Below, piece after piece: positions 63,011 through 64,000 of a stretch of 64,000 nt of DNA (position 1 is its first letter; each line of letters starts with the position of its first letter). The translations under genes were made by a program, and so were the position numbers. The notes beneath the pieces are model-generated. The model did not search any database, had not been told where the DNA came from, and saw only the letters and a list, made by a program, of their open reading frames with translations. Source of the DNA: Diadema antillarum (taxonomy: Eukaryota); assembly GCF_040938485.1 (NCBI RefSeq), contig NW_027271047.1:310001-374000 (forward strand). Direction: 5' to 3'.

Positions 63011-64000
63011 ATCGATCCGTGGAGACAAAGGTTAAGATATCCAAAACTCGATTATCACAGTGCTGATTGTTATATACACTCAGCACAAAAAGAAAGTAAA
63101 CACTTTTTCAAGTTGATATTTTTCATAGAAGACTTTAATGAAAATCAAGGTATTATAAACCATAGCAAGGGGGTTTAATTGGCTATCAACTTAGCAGGTC
63201 AATATAAAGGGTGATTTTACGCATGAGTGAACACTTTCATTTTTGTCCTCAAAAGCATAAAAGTAAAAAATTGCAAAGATTGGCATGTTGTCTTTCATTT
63301 GCATGTGCCCTTAAAGAAAACAACGATAACAAAAGACCAGTTTCAGACAATGAGAGACATGAATGAAGTAGCAAAAATAGGTTTTCGTTCTCTTTATCTC
63401 TTTATGACCTCAAAAAAACTGTCAAAGTGGGAAACATAACAGTGCATAAAGGGAGAAAATAAGAATTTTCTGTCAACTCAAGCTTTAAATGACACAGGGA
63501 GTAAAGGCACAAAGATAATGAAGTGAACAATATCTTTATTTCATTCATTTGCTTTAGTATAATCTAAGAATTCACGAGACAAATTCAAGAACCAAAAATT
63601 ATTTACAATTTTCTTAATTTGAAAAAAAAAAATCAGTTCAAATTTGTATCATTTTTGTTGATATTGCTTCATCTCATTTCATTTGAATTCGGATTTTTCA
63701 TTTTCCTCCACTATTTCTTGCATTTATTGATCTTTTGGGCTTTAAAGATATTACAGGGATCACAGTTTCATTTACAACCTATTTCATGTTTTGGTTGCGT
63801 TAAATGTGTCTTTTTTTTCTCATTGTTACATGTCAGAGCACTTGCGCATGACTGATAACGTGTACGTTTCTGCAACTTGTACTGCTGTGCCTTCAAAGAG
63901 AAAAACAAAGGTGTTCATTCATGCCTAAAGTTTCCATTTTTATTGACCTTCCAGGTTGGAAGCCAATTAAATTACTAAGTACTTTTCATATGGTAAAGAA

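Noticed and set aside
61638-64000. First coding exon of the RLR
   Set aside because: No convincing ATG-CARD helix 1-2 exon with a phase-1 donor; probably beyond the window.

Overview
Intron-rich, repeat-dense animal genomic DNA. It is most likely an echinoderm such as a sea urchin; this is inferred from repeat families and gene content, not proven. Two host genes lie tail-to-tail. A complete RPL11 (+, 5 coding exons, 19367-32329, 178 aa) hosts a strong H/ACA snoRNA candidate whose 3' pocket pairs with a conserved 18S site, plus a weaker second candidate. A RIG-I/MDA5-like helicase (-, 14 in-phase exons, 37445-61637; CARD-CARD-helicase-CTD) has its first exon not found in the window. The RLR introns carry an apparently intact L2/CR1-group LINE (ORF1 + PHD-APE-RT ORF2) with head-to-head duplicated 5' motif modules, and a decayed RTE LINE, both antisense to the gene. 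The left 8 kb holds an unexplained cassette (intronless PC4/Sub1-domain ORF, six CRE palindromes, orphan ORF, tandem repeats) and an orphan DEATH-domain exon. Also present: a decayed nested LINE, a SINE, many MITEs, microsatellites and one 129-N gap. All calls were made by eye with no database searches; rRNA and RIG-I residue numbers are recalled, not computed.
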